Shown in pieces: positions 1 to 12,561 of a DNA stretch of 64,000 nucleotides (the first letter of the stretch is position 1; each line of letters opens with the position of its first letter). A program made the translations under genes and the position numbers. The notes under the pieces are model-generated. The model was not told the DNA's origin, ran no database searches, and saw only the letters and a program-made list of their open reading frames with translations. Source of the stretch: Octopus vulgaris (Eukaryota); the NCBI GenBank assembly GCA_951406725.2, contig OX597822.1, forward strand, positions 68,820,001 through 68,884,000. The letters run 5' to 3'.

Positions 1-217
1 TATGAGCGAAACACCTAAGCTCTACGTGGCTCCGGCAGAAGGTAATGGCGAACTTCTGCTGACCCTTTCACCACAACTTTCTCTCACTCATTCCTCCTGC
101 ATCTTGCAGCTCACCTGCGAGGACTGGCATCCCGTCCAGGTGGAGAACCTATACACCAAGGAAACCGGAAACCCGGCCCTCTGAGCCAGGCGTGGCTCAA
201 GAAGGAACAAACAACAA
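1..217 (+). mobile_element. SINE family C, 3' part (truncated by window edge)
   Basis: Core 'gagcgaaacacctaagctc...ctttcaccacaactttctctcactc' matches the minus-strand copy at 44257-44640. Tail 'gaaaccgg...ggccc..tgagcc' is shared with 26525-26745. Ends in (ACAA)n. Confidence 0.75.
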
Positions 218-232
218 TATATGTATAGTATA

Positions 233-403
233 GGCGTAGGAGTGGCTGTGTGGTAAGTAGCTTGCTTACCAACCACATGGTTCCATGTTCAGTCCCACTG
301 CATGGCACATTGGGCAAGTGTCTTTTACTATAGCCTCGGGCCGACCAAAGCCTTGTGAGTGGATTTGGTAGACGGAAACTGATAGAAGCCTGTCATATAT
401 ATG

Positions 404-459
<56 letters not shown>

Positions 460-628
460 TGTCTTTGTTTGTCCCCCCAACATCACTTGACAACCGAAGC
501 TGGTGTGTTTACGTCCCCGTAACTTAGCGGTTCGGCAAAAGAGACCGATACAATAAGTATACAATTTGCTCAACTAAAGGCGGTGCTCCAGCATGACCAC
601 AGTCAAATGACTGAATCAAGTAAAAAAG
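233..628 (+). mobile_element. SINE family A (tRNA-derived head, CORE-like segment, internal TA/TG microsatellite)
   Basis: A-box-like GGCTGTGTGG, B-box-like GTTCAGTCCC, CORE-like 'ttgggcaagtg', tail 'ggtgctccagcatg...cagtcaaatgactga'. About 25 related copies in the window. Confidence 0.9.
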
Positions 629-849
629 TATTCATAGGATTTGAACTCAGAATGTAAAGCAACATAAATGAATCTAACAAAGCATGTTATCCACTTCTCT
701 AACAATTCTGTCATCCACCACATTCTTAAAATTAAAATAACATCAACTAAAATTTGTTAGTAAAAATAATTTTTCATAATAGACAGTAAAGAAGGTTGGC
801 ATGTCCAGACAGCTTGAAGCCAAGACTCGTTTTTAATCTCTAATAACTG

Positions 850-1600
850 TAGTTACATGCATATATGATGAGACAGCTGCAACAAATTATGAATATTACT
901 CTGTTTGACAAGATCAGGAATGAAGAGATCCTTTGGTATGCTGGTCTGCTTCCTTTGATGGAAATCCTTGTTGAGAGAAATTTATGTTGGTTGGGACACC
1001 TACACAGAATAGACAACAGCAGGTTCCGCAGACAACTCATTTACTCTCAACTACGCAAAGGGAAAAGAAACCGTGGAAGACCTAGAGGGAGGTTCAAAGA
1101 TACTCTCTCTTTACTCTCTTACTTGTTTCAGTCATTTGACTGCGGCCATGCTGGAGCACCGCCTTTAATCGAGCAACTCGACCCCAGGACTTATTCTTTT
1201 GTAAGCCCAGTACTTATTCTATCGGTCTCTTTTGCCGAACCACTAAGTAACGGGGACATAAACACACCAGCATCAGTTGTAAAGCAATGCTAGGGGGACA
1301 AACACAGACACACAAACACATACATGCATATATATATATACATATATACGATGGGCTTCTTTCAGTTTCCATCTACCAAATCCGCTCACAAGGCTTTGGT
1401 CGGGCCGAGGCTATAGTAGAAGACACTTGCCCAAGGTGCCACGCAGTGGGAGTGAACCCAAAACATGCACCTCCTGCTAAAAGAAATATGAAGTGGAAAG
1501 GAAATGATCATAATAAGTGGCAAACTAAAGCAAAAAACCAACCAGTATGGAGAAAGCTTATCAAGTCACGCCAAAGCCATTAACAGATGACTTACAACAG
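850..1600 (+). pseudogene. RTE-clade LINE ORF C-terminal fragment, split by a SINE A insertion
   Basis: Translation ...RNEEIL...WLGHLHRIDNSR...GKRNRGRPRGRFKDT resumes after the SINE as AKRNMKWK...WRKLI. This is a typical RTE C-terminus. Confidence 0.8.
1101..1460 (-). mobile_element. SINE family A
   Basis: Reverse complement of the 233-628 family; interrupts the RTE fragment. Confidence 0.9.
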
Positions 1601-1989
1601 ATAATAACTGGAGTGAAATAAGTCCGATAAGAGTCATTTTACTACAGTTATACAACTAAAGCACCAGGGAAAGCATGAACATCACACTTTCCATCTCTGT
1701 ATATTCTCTTAAAATTACAAGAGCCTTAAAATATACACAGTAAAAGACTGAGGCAGAGTTTGATGGCATCAAAAGTCCACTTTCGATAATTTTTTAACTT
1801 GTCAGATGTTAAACAAACTCTATGTTCGTGTGTATGTGTGTTTTCCATGGGGGAAATGGAAAATGGAGTTAGCAAGATTCTAGATGACATCAGGTAGCCT
1901 AAACGGAGAAAGTGCTTTAATCGGCATACTACTAACCATATATAAAAGGTCCAAATAATTACTTGTGTGTGTGTGTGTGTCTGGATGTG

Positions 1990-2370
1990 TCGCTGCGTGG
2001 CAAGCAGCTTGCTTACCAACCACATGGTTCCAGGTTCAGTCCCACTTCATGGCACCTTGGGCAAGTGTCTTCTACTGTGGCCTTGGGCCAACCAAAGCCT
2101 TGTGAGTGGATTTGGTAGACGGAAACTGAAAGAAGCCTGTCATATACACATACATATTTATGTATATGTTTGTGTGTCTGTGTTTGTCCCTCCACCATCA
2201 CTTGACAACTGATGTTGGTGTTTGTGCCCCCATAACTTAGAGGTTCGGCAAAAGAAACCAACAGGATAAGTACTTGGGTTACAAAGAATAAGTCCTGGGG
2301 TCGATTTGTTCCACTAAAGGCAATACTCCAGCATGGTCACAGTCAAATGACTGAAACAAATAAAAGAATA
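1990..2370 (+). mobile_element. SINE family A
   Basis: Near full-length match to the family. Confidence 0.9.
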
Positions 2371-2408
2371 TAAACATATGTACAATACTGCACACTTCAA
2401 TTTATATA

Positions 2409-2439
<31 letters not shown>

Positions 2440-2647
2440 ACACACATGCATGTGGAAGAGGTAGCTATATGTGTGTGTGTGTGTGTGTGTGTAAGGGGCG
2501 CCACATCTATCAACTGCTCTCTTAGCCAAAGACTATAGAAAAAGATACTTGCCCTGGGTGTCACACAATAGGAGGGTAACTACAAACTTGTAGTTACAAA
2601 GCAAGCTCCATATCAACAGAGCCATAATATATAACATATATTGGTTT

Positions 2648-2685
<38 letters not shown>

Positions 2686-2686
<1 letters not shown>

Positions 2687-3672
2687 CTAGTATGCTCCAC
2701 TGGATGTGCAGTGTCAGTGTGCATACACGACAGAGTGTAAGCACTGTGAGAGAAAAGTTGGACATAAGAAGCATCAAATGTGGTGTGCAAGAGAGACGAT
2801 TGCACTGGTATGATCATGTGTTGCGTATGGATGAGGACAGCTGTGTGAAAAAGTGTCACACCCTAGCAGTAGAGGGAGCCTGTGGAGAGGTAGACCCAGG
2901 AAGACCTGGGATGAGGTGATGAAGCACGACCTTTGAATGCTGGGCCTCACGGAGGCGATGACAAGTGACTGAGACCCTTGGAGATATTCTGTGCTTGAGA
3001 AGACACAGCAAGCCAAGTGAGACCATAAGCGTGGCTTATACCAGTGCAGCATAACAGGCCCATTTAAGAGTACCCTTCAATCATTGGACAATAAACTGTG
3101 TTTGCAAAGATCTATTGAGTCAAGTGAAGTCATTGTCATGGCCAATGACAGTACCGCCTGATTGGCACCCATGCCAGTGACACGTAAAAAGCACTATTCG
3201 AGCATGGTCGAAGCCAGTGCTGCCTGATTGGTCCCATGCCGGTGGCACGTAAAAAGCACTATTTGAGTGTGATCATTGCCAGTGCCACCTCAATGGCTCC
3301 CAGTGGCACATAAAAAACACCATTCAAGCGTGGTCAATGCCATGGCAGTGGCACATAAAAAAGCACCATTTAAGCATAGTCACTGCCAGTGCTGCCTGAC
3401 TGGTTCCCATGCTGGTGGCACATAAAAAGCACCATTCAAGCGTGGTCAATGCCAGTACTGCCTTATTGACCCTCGTGCCAGTGACATGTAAAAAGTACCC
3501 ACTACACTCTTGGAGTGGTTGGCGTTAGGAACGGCATCCAGCTGTAGAAACTTTGCAAAATCAGATTAGAGCCTGGTGCAGCCTTCTGGCTTGCCAGCCT
3601 GTGGTCAAACCGTCCAACCCATGCCAGCATGAAAGGCGGATGTTAACTGACGATGATGATGATGATGATGAT
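2686..3672 (+). mobile_element. 5'-truncated RTE LINE: ORF end, 3'UTR minisatellite and (GAT)n tail
   Basis: ASMLHWMCSVS...QERRLHWYDHVLRMDE...GRPRKTW (frameshifted). Then ~55-60 bp repeats containing 'gtggcacgtaaaaagcacc', then 'acccatgccagcatg...gatgatgat'. Confidence 0.85.
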
Positions 3673-3908
3673 ATATACACAATATACAGAGTGGCCAAAA
3701 AGTAGGTTTGCAGTTGTCACATAGGCACTTGAAATTCCTTTTAAAACATTTCATTACATTTAAATTTCTATCTTACAAATAACTAAATTAGCGTAGAATA
3801 ATGGTTTCATATTTTTATATAATTAAGATATAAACTGTTAATATATGAATGCGAAAGTAGCACACACACACACATCTACATATAGATACGTGTGAGTGTA
3901 TGTGTATG

Positions 3909-3945
<37 letters not shown>

Positions 3946-4083
3946 TAAGCAATAGTATTACTTAGTATTACTTAAATTTTCCTCGAATGAGGCTTTTACA
4001 TGCCGAAGACTACTTGGTGTTATTGATAATTATTCCAACCCATGCTAGCATGGAGAACGGACGTTAAACGACGATGATGATGA

Positions 4084-4123
<40 letters not shown>

Positions 4124-4964
4124 CAAATAAGTGATTTGGTGCCTCAACTTAAGTACCTAATTCAACTGAATCTTAATTATATATATATATATAGATAGAT
4201 ATAGATATATAGATATAGATATATACACACACACACACATATGCATAAACATATCTAAATACACACACATAATATATACATAACATACATGCACACACAC
4301 ACACACACACACACTGACCTTTATCACCCAACAAAAGATAGTTAGATCACTATCTCACCAGCACACCTATTTACAGAAACAAGAATCACTACTGGCACAA
4401 TAGTAAAAACCCCACATAGTTTCGTCCTTCTCGTTCAACTGACTCTCAGAAGAATCCAGCTACACCCCTTCCTCACTCTTCTCTAATGAAAGGTTTCTTT
4501 CATTCCAAACAAAATATTCTTGTCTAAAGCAAACTGTCACCAAATTAATTCAAGCTCTGTACAGCCACTGCAACATTAAAATAACTTACTATGCCATGTT
4601 TGGCAAACCAGACAGTCAAACCAAACACATAAAAACTATAATAACAATTAGAAGACAACAGAATTGTTACAAGAGACATACAACAAGCAACAACAACTTA
4701 CCACATTACCACATTCAAATAACCACTCCTGATCACTCACCAAATACATCGCAACTTAAATTCCTCATTTCTCTTTCCTGACACTTACCAATCCCTAGAA
4801 ACATAATCTGCCACTTGCTGCCAGCACCAATATTTTGTAACTCCTCCTTTTTTTAATTTCAACTCTAAACTTCATGACATCAGACATCAACTACCAAATA
4901 CCATGACAACAATATGCTTTTGTTTCACATCTTCACAAACGAGACGTGTTAAACAGAAACAGGA

Positions 4965-5345
4965 TCGTCATCATCATTATCATGATCATGATCATCATCG
5001 TCGTTTAACGTCCACTTTCCATGCTAGCTTGGATTGGACGATTTGACTGAAGACTGGCAAACCAGATGGCTACACCAGACTCCAATCTGATCTGGTAGAG
5101 TTTCTACAGCTGGATGCCCTTCCTAACGCCAACCACTCCGAGAGTGTAGTGGGTGCTTTTACGTGCCACCGGCACAATCAGGCAGTACTGGCAACAGCCA
5201 CGCACAAATAGTGTTTTTTATGTGCCACCTGCACAGGAGCCAGTCCAGCAGCATTGGCAACGACCTCACTCGAATGTTTTTTCATATGCCACCAGCACAA
5301 GTGCCAGTAAGGCTCTTAGCACTCCACTAGCACGGATGCCAGTCA
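4965..5345 (-). mobile_element. RTE 3'UTR/tail copy
   Basis: Reverse complement of the 3500-3672 tail, including the (ATC)n end. Confidence 0.8.
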
Positions 5346-5419
5346 TCGAATTGTGGAAAAAGGAAACACAATGTCATAATATGCACAACAAAAACATACA
5401 ACAACAACTTGCCGACTAA

Positions 5420-5850
5420 GAGTAGGTGTGTGGTAAGAAGCTTGCTTCCCAACCACATGGTTCTGGGTTCCATCACAATGTGTGGCACCTTGGGCAAGTG
5501 TCTTCTACTATAGCCTGGAGTTGACCAAAGCCTTGTGAATGTATTTGGTACTGAAAGAAGCCTGTTGTATATATGTATATATATGTGTGTGTCTGTGTGT
5601 GTGTGTGTGTGTGTGCATGTGTGTGTGCGTATGTGTGCATGTGTGTTTGAGGTACTTGGCGACCTTACCAGAGCTGGCATTGCATAAAAAGCACCCAGTA
5701 CACTGTTAAATGATTGACACTAGGAAGTGCATCCAACTGTAGAAACCATGCCAAAGCAGATATAGAATCTGGTGGAGTCCTCTGGCTCGTCTGTTCTTGA
5801 GAAACTGTCCGACCCATGCCAACAAGGAAGAAAAAAGTACCTTAAATGAT
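5420..5850 (+). mobile_element. SINE A head + (TG)n + RTE-type tail
   Basis: Family A head at 5420-5570, then 'aaaagcacccagtacact...catccaactgtagaaacc...gacccatgcc'. Confidence 0.65.
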
Positions 5851-6534
5851 GTATCTGCATTTGTGTGTACTCTTGTCTTGTTGTAAATGAGCATCACAGT
5901 TAAACAAGCAATGTTATTTTTGTTTCTAGTCTTTAACAAAAAAAAACATGTCTGGCAAGAAGAAAATGTTACCTTGCTTGGAAACCAGTGAGGAAACCAA
6001 TGAAGATTGGTGATAAGAAGGGGATCTGGCCTTAGAATAATGTATCTCAACAAACTTCATCTGACCCATGAAAGCATGAAAAATTGGTCATTAATTGATG
6101 AAGATTATGATAAAGGAACAGAACTAAACCACTGAAGACCATTAACATAAAGCAATGGCTTCTTCATGCAAACTAACTTTTAAATATTAACATATCCTGA
6201 TCTCATAATCAATTGAGTTTTACGACTGAGTTTTTTCTAAGACTAATCTCCATGCTCAGTTGATAAAATTTAACCTTTTGCCTAACTAGAGATTGTAACT
6301 GTTTGGTTTCCATACAATGGTTTTCCTAACACAGTAAAAGAGTTTATACATTAGATGTGGGAGTCTGTCAGCTTGCCAAAAACACAGTAAAAATATCTTT
6401 ATCCTTTCATTACATTGCTACAACAGTATTGAATTTCTTTCAACACATTTTCTCCAAACTTGAACAAGGCCAAATTTCTCTTTATAAGGAATTTTCAATG
6501 TTGTAACAAACTAATTAACATGTTTTCCTTTTAC

Positions 6535-6602
6535 CTTTGGCCTTCTCCAGTTTAGAGACAGATTACATATTTTAAATTTCTTGTTGTGTTCTTCGATAGA
6601 TT
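6535..6602 (-). other. Weak candidate internal exon (68 nt; xSIEEHNKKFKICNLSLNWRRPK)
   Basis: Minus-strand 'ttctatttgtag|' acceptor and 'AAG|gtaaaa' donor; only one of three frames is open. No homology recognised. Confidence 0.2.
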
Positions 6603-7210
6603 CTACAAATAGAATCAGTTCAAGAGTGTTCATGGACACCAGTCCAAAATTCAATTAGAAAGACATCAAAGTCCAAATAGTAAAAAGTAATGGGTTTAAA
6701 ATAGAACTTCAGTAGTGCCAAATATCTACTTAATAATTAACATATTAAGATGAATTTCTGAAAATATATATAAACATATATTTTTAAAATCTGGTGTTTT
6801 TAACTGCTTACCAAGTCAATAAATACAAAGAATAATAATATTTCTATGGAGATTAATTTCCATTTACATATGAAGAAAATTAATTAGTGAAACGAGTTAG
6901 AGAATAATATCTGTGTTTATTTACACATTCAATTAAGAGCTTTTGTAAGTCTTCATGGATTAGGAGGATGGGAAAATGAAAATTACTGATTCCTGTAGCA
7001 TTATGCCAAAGACTGTTTACTTCAAAGGCATTGGTCATAGCTCCAACTAATTTCCAATCAGTTGTAGAGCACACTAAGTGAAGGAGGACAGGATAAACTA
7101 CCTGCATCAACTTGCTATAAAAGCAGGTAGTAATTTTACCTTGTTCTTAGTCTTAGTGCAAGCTTTGAAGAGTGCAGTTCGATTTTAACAGTTATTTTTT
7201 CAAAGCTATA

Positions 7211-8238
7211 ATTAAAGTGACAAAGGAGCATATTTGGTATATCTTGCTTTATAAATCCAATAAAGCAACAACGCAACAGAAAGTGCGAGGAATATTAACG
7301 CAATATATGGGGATCGGACAATAAGCGTAAGCCACTGTCAACACTGGTTCCAGAAATTCTGAGCTAGAAACTACAGCCTAGAAGATGAGCCTCACCCTGG
7401 AAGATCTGTAGAGCTCAACAAGGATGTCCTGCAAACACTGATGGAACAAAATCCTATCGTAACTGTTGAGGAACTAGCAGAGAAGCTTGGATTTCATCAT
7501 TCAACCATTCATCAACACCTGCATGCTATCAGAAAAGTCAGCAAATTGGGTCAATGGGTTCTTCAAAAATTTTCCAAGTCGAATTGCATGCAGAGAGTAA
7601 ATATGTGCTCTTCTTTGCTGTCATGTTTTACCAATGAACTTTTGTGAGACCAAATGGTGACTGGTGACAAGAAAGGGGTTCTCTATAAAAATGTCAAGCG
7701 CTAAAGACAGTGGGTAGAGACAGGAGAAACACTGACACCCCAGGCTAAAGAAGGTCTTTACCCACATAAGGTGTTGTTATGTGTTTGGTGGGATATAAAA
7801 GGCTTAGTACACTTTGAACTCTTAAACTCAAACCAAATGATAACAAGGGAGATCTACTACGAGCAGCTTGAGGGGCTTTAAGTCAGTGCTAGAAGAAAAA
7901 CAACCATCCTTGGTATCAAGATGAAAGGTGCTCTTCCATCAGAATAATGCTTGCCCACATCCAGCAAGGATGACATTCCAAAGGGAGGAGCAGTTTGAAT
8001 GGGAAACAATACCCCACCCACCATGTTCACCAGACATTGCCTCATCTGATTATCATTTATTCTGCAGTCTTCAAAATCATTTGGACGGAAAAAATATGAA
8101 TTCTGTAGATAAGGTTAGAACAGTACTGGAGGAGCATTTTTCATCATAACAAATTAATTTTGGAAGAGGGGCTTTGCAAGTCTACTATATAGATGGAAGA
8201 GCACTGTAGAAAATGAAGGAGAATATATTTTAGATTAA
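7211..8238 (+). pseudogene. Mariner (DD34D-type) transposase, inactivated by stops and frameshifts
   Basis: HWFQKF..NYSLEDEPHPGR (HTH region), MVTGD, KVLLCVWWD, FHQNNACPH, HPPCSPDIASSDYHLF (decayed YSPDLAPSD), RWK..VENEGEYILD*. Start codon appears mutated to ATT. Confidence 0.93.
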
Positions 8239-8257
8239 AAAGAACTTTGTTTATCTT

Positions 8258-8502
8258 GTGAGGTATACTTGCCATCTCAATATGGCTAACCACTAAGGGT
8301 GGGTGTTACTGTAGCTTGTAGCCTCAGGAGAACATCGTCTCCAGCTGGCTTTAGGCACACTTTCTGTGCCCTTATGGTATTTGCAAAGGGAGGTCAACTT
8401 TCCCTTGTCAACCTAAGTGATACGCCCGGACTGCAGTTTCTAGGTATTGACCTTTCCTCAGCGTACGACAATCACCGGTTTTCGTTCAGAGATTTATTAT
8501 TG
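8258..8502 (+). mobile_element. Short retroposed insertion inside the mariner 3' region
   Basis: Flanked by a perfect 12-bp duplication TTTGTTTATCTT (8246-8257, 8503-8514); ends in a (TTA)-like tail. Confidence 0.7.
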
Positions 8503-8579
8503 TTTGTTTATCTTAATTTTCAAAAATAAAAGAAATATAAAAAAACACATTATTTATGGGATGACCTAATATATATACA

Positions 8580-8900
8580 CCAGGTGTGGAGGTACCTTAG
8601 GTAAGTGTCTTCTACAATAGCTTCACACCAATCAAAGCCTTGTGAGGGGATTTGGTGGATAGAAACTGAAGATGCCTACCATATGTGTGTGTATTTGTTC
8701 TCCACTATTGCTTGATAATTGGTGTTGGTTTGTTTATATCTCCATTAGTTAGCAGTTCAGCAAGAGATACCAACAGGATAAGTAGCAAGCTTAAAAAAAC
8801 AATTAGTACTGAGATTGATCTGTTCAACAAAACTCTTCAAGGTCCATGCTCCAGTATAGCCACAGTTTAATGACTGAAACAAGTAAAAAACAGAAGATAA
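8580..8900 (+). mobile_element. SINE family A, degenerate
   Basis: Core and tail recognisable; CpGs lost. Confidence 0.75.
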
Positions 8901-9019
8901 ATATATATTATGAAAATGTCCTGTAATCTTTAATGGGTCATTGGATCACCAGTATACAACTCATCTTTATAGTTCTATATTTATGAGATGAGGAATTTTG
9001 TACATTATTTACATTATTT

Positions 9020-9246
9020 ACATTTTATGGATATTTGTCCTCATCTTGTTTGTTGTTAACATGTTTCAGCTGATATGCCCTCCAGCCTTCTTCTGGTATC
9101 TTGGAGAAACAACAAAAAAATATCGTAGAAATGAGAACTCACGCTCGAAATTTCCCCAATGACACATGATGAAGGCTGGAGGGTATATCAGCTGAAACAC
9201 TGTATTAACAACAAACAAGAGGACAAATATCTGTCAAATGTAAATT
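9020..9246. mobile_element. Penelope-like inverted-repeat relic with degenerate hammerhead cores
   Basis: Arms ~9020-9105 and ~9150-9246 are inverted copies. Motif 'aTGATGAaggctg..cagctGAAAC' on +, 'cAGAAGAaggctg..cagctGAAAC' on -. Confidence 0.55.
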
Positions 9247-10641
9247 ATGAACTTATCTTTATGCTGAGTACCAGAGAGTACATAGAACAATATGTTTGGA
9301 AGAGCTTGGGCGAATGTAAAGCTAATATCCCAAGAACCCATTCAATGGAGTCAAGTTCAGAATTGTGAAGTAAGATTCTTAACCAATTGAACATGTCTGT
9401 ATTCACTGTAGATTAAAAATAGGTTTTATCCTTCATCTACTTGCCTTTACAGGAACCAGATATATGTATCAGTTCTATAGATATTTGAAGTTCATTACAA
9501 TATATACTTTCCTCTCTCTCTCATTCTCTCTGACTAGGATAGTCATTTATCTCCTCTACTGCAAGACACCTGTCTCTGTCCCTCTTTCATATTCTAATCT
9601 CTCATCACTAGGAACAAAGCCACCTTCCTTCAATGTTATTCCCACTTCAGTTGAGGGGTCTTACCTTGCAAGTTATTTTGTGACCTCACTGGTGCCGGTG
9701 CCACAATAAAAGCACCCAGTACATTGATTGGTGTTAGGAAAAGTATCCAGCCATATAAACCATGCCAAAGCAGACAGAACTCAGCACAGCACAGCCTTCT
9801 GGCTTGTCAAACAATCCAACTCATGCCAGCATGGGAAGCAGATATTAAATGATGATGGTGATGATGATGATGATGATGCATCAGCTGTATACACCAGCCT
9901 TGTAGATACTTGAGGGTCATTCCATTATTTACTCATCATAACACACCATATGTATGAGTCCTTTGCTCATCGTAATGCACTATATGTACACATTGGCCCT
10001 TCCTTTCCCCTTCATAATGCACCAGACATATGCACTATACATGCGCACTAAACATATGCACCAGATGTATGCACCAGCCCTGTAGATACCCGAGGTCCGT
10101 TACAAAATTTACTCATCATAAAGTTGCACAATATCAGAAATGACTTGACTATATGAGAGGCTTTTTGATATATTTTCTGATACAAAAATAAATAACTTCA
10201 ACCTTTTCAACACTGGAACACAATCCTTCATGATAAATTAGCAATTTTCATAACAGCAAATTAAAAAAAAATAAATAAAAAAAAAAAACAAGAAGAAAAA
10301 GAAATATGCAAAGCAATATTTGAAAATGAATAATGTAAAACAGCCAGTTGAATTGTAAATAAGAACGAAAGGAGAAACAGAAACAGCAAGTAATGAAATA
10401 AATGACAAACAGTAATGAAGAACAGAGAATTCTAATGACAAGTGAGGTAGAATTAGTTATAAATAAAGCAGCATATAATTCAATTATTTTTTTTTTCTTC
10501 CTGTCATCATTTGACAACAGATTCAAAAACCAAGAGACTATTACAGACAACACCATTCAACAAGTTCAGTTTGCTCACATTAAACAATTAAATCAGACTG
10601 GTACAAGCAGCAGAAGAATTCTAATAAGAAAATATTGAACA

Positions 10642-10674
<33 letters not shown>

Positions 10675-10675
<1 letters not shown>

Positions 10676-10869
10676 TTTATTTAGAGCAACAGAAAATTCA
10701 ACAAAATCTGTTACTCAGTTTCTCGTTGCCGTTCATCAGACAGTTTTTGATGAACGGCAACGAGAATCTCTGAGTAACAGATTTTGTTGAATTTTCTGCT
10801 GCTTTAAATACCACTGGTATTTGAGTACTCTTTTTTCCACCTTGTTTCACATTTATGTGTTTACTCCGG

Positions 10870-10870
<1 letters not shown>
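10675..10870. mobile_element. Penelope-like foldback relic between (TA)n tracts
   Basis: ~60-bp inverted arms (10678-10738 / 10748-10810) with a 9-nt loop. Minus strand reads ctgt-CTGATGA-acggcaacga-GAAAC-tga-GTA-acag. Confidence 0.65.
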
Positions 10871-10914
<44 letters not shown>

Positions 10915-11179
10915 TTCTGGCCCATTTTTTTCTCATATTTTACCCAACCCCCTTCAATTCTTCATCTCCTCACATAAAGTTTCTTCTCTTGGGATTTGTA
11001 TGCAGGCTTGCAAGCTGTAATATGACTTTGCTAGTGCTGATGGCATGAAAAAACACCCCGGACATTCTGTTAAGTGGTTGACTTCAGGAAGGGCACCCAG
11101 CTGTAGAAACTATGTCAAAGCATATACCAGAGTGTAATGCAGTTCTTGGGTCTACCGAATCCTGTCAAACCAGCCAACC

Positions 11180-11490
11180 TAGGACTTTTAATTTTTAAAG
11201 CCTAGTACTTATTCTAGCAGTCTCTTTTGCTGAACCACTAAGTTACAGGGACGTAAACACACCAATACCGGTTGTCAAGCAGTAGTGGGGGGGGGGGGTA
11301 AAAACAGACACAAAGACACACATATGATAGGCTTCTTTCAGTTTCCATCAATCAAACCCACTCACAAGGCTTTGGTCGGCCTGAGGCTATAGCTGAAGAC
11401 ACTTGCCCATGGTGCCACACAGTGGGACTGAACCCGGAACCATGTAGTTAGGAAGTAAGCTTCTTACCACAGAGCCACACCTGCACCTAT
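11180..11490 (-). mobile_element. SINE family A (3' end truncated)
   Basis: Family match. Confidence 0.85.
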
Positions 11491-11944
11491 GTGGTGTTTA
11501 TGTGCATGTATGTATGTACGTAGATGTGTGTATAAACAAACAAAGTAAAGTTGTAAATAATGCTGGCAGCAAATGTCAGCATTGTCTGCAAAAAAATGTT
11601 GCTTATAGGAAATGTCTGGGTTTGAGAAATGGTAGGGAAAGAAATTACATCAAAATGTTCATAGAAATCAACAATGACAAAGAGAAACAAGCTTATCTTT
11701 AATTCAGACTAGAAAATTTAAACAATGATTATTGACTATGATTGAAAGTTTCTGTCCTAACTATACACAGTTGATGAGTAGATAAATATTAATTATAATA
11801 ATGGTATTGACAAAGAACTGACATGACAATGATAGCTGAAGCACAGTGATTAAGACCAAAAGCGTCTGTTGTGATAGGTCTTTAGAAATATGGAACTATG
11901 GAAAAATGGAAAAGGAATATTGGAAATTAATGGCTGGTATATCA

Positions 11945-12162
11945 TTACTGTTGTCGTCGTCATTTTCGCATCTTTTCTATGTATGCAAGGGTCGGATGGA
12001 GTTTATTGAGACGGATTTTCTTCAGTCTGATGCCCTCCCAGTAATGTGATACTCCCCATCACCATCACCAGGTATGTTTTCAGAGAATTCTGAAAACAAA
12101 GGGCATTGCTTACACAACAACCAACATCATTTACAATTACCATGCAATGAGACAAAAACACA

Positions 12163-12222
<60 letters not shown>

Positions 12223-12360
12223 TATATAACAGGCTTCTTTTGGTTTCTGTCTACCAAATTCACTCACAAGGCTACAGTAGAAAACAGTCGTCCAAGGTGC
12301 CACAGAGTGGGACTGAACCCACAAAAATGTGGTTAGAAGTAAACTTCTTACCAGACAGAC
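11945..12360 (-). mobile_element. SINE A head + (CA)n + RTE-like tail
   Basis: Head at 12225-12360; tail region resembles 5880-6110 and 31210-31445. Confidence 0.6.
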
Positions 12361-12561
12361 ATGTTTTTTGTCTATGTATTTCTTAAATTTATGACAACAG
12401 AACAGAGTTCCCTGAGGTGAGATTCTTCAGTTTCTATCAACTAAATTTTACTCACAAGGATTTAGTTGACTCGAAAGTATGGCAGTAAGCACTTGCTGAA
12501 GGTGCTGTCAAATAAAATTGAACCCAAAACCACAGTATAGCTACATAGTAATCTTTTAAAC

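Larger units (their letters stand above)
7110..8572 (+). mobile_element. Mariner element; 3' TIR-like end present, 5' TIR not seen
   Basis: Transposase relic plus terminal 'cattatttatgggatgacctaaTA' at ~8548-8572. TATAAAAG at ~7117. Confidence 0.75.

Noticed and set aside
865-1293. 142-aa host gene
   Set aside because: Chimeric read-through from an RTE fragment into an antisense SINE.
3130-3500. Conserved motif with variable intervening sequence (CRISPR-like)
   Set aside because: Intervening segments are homologous to each other; it is a diverged minisatellite in an RTE 3'UTR.
7211-8238. Active or domesticated (SETMAR-like) transposase
   Set aside because: Start codon lost, several stops and frameshifts, and catalytic motifs altered.
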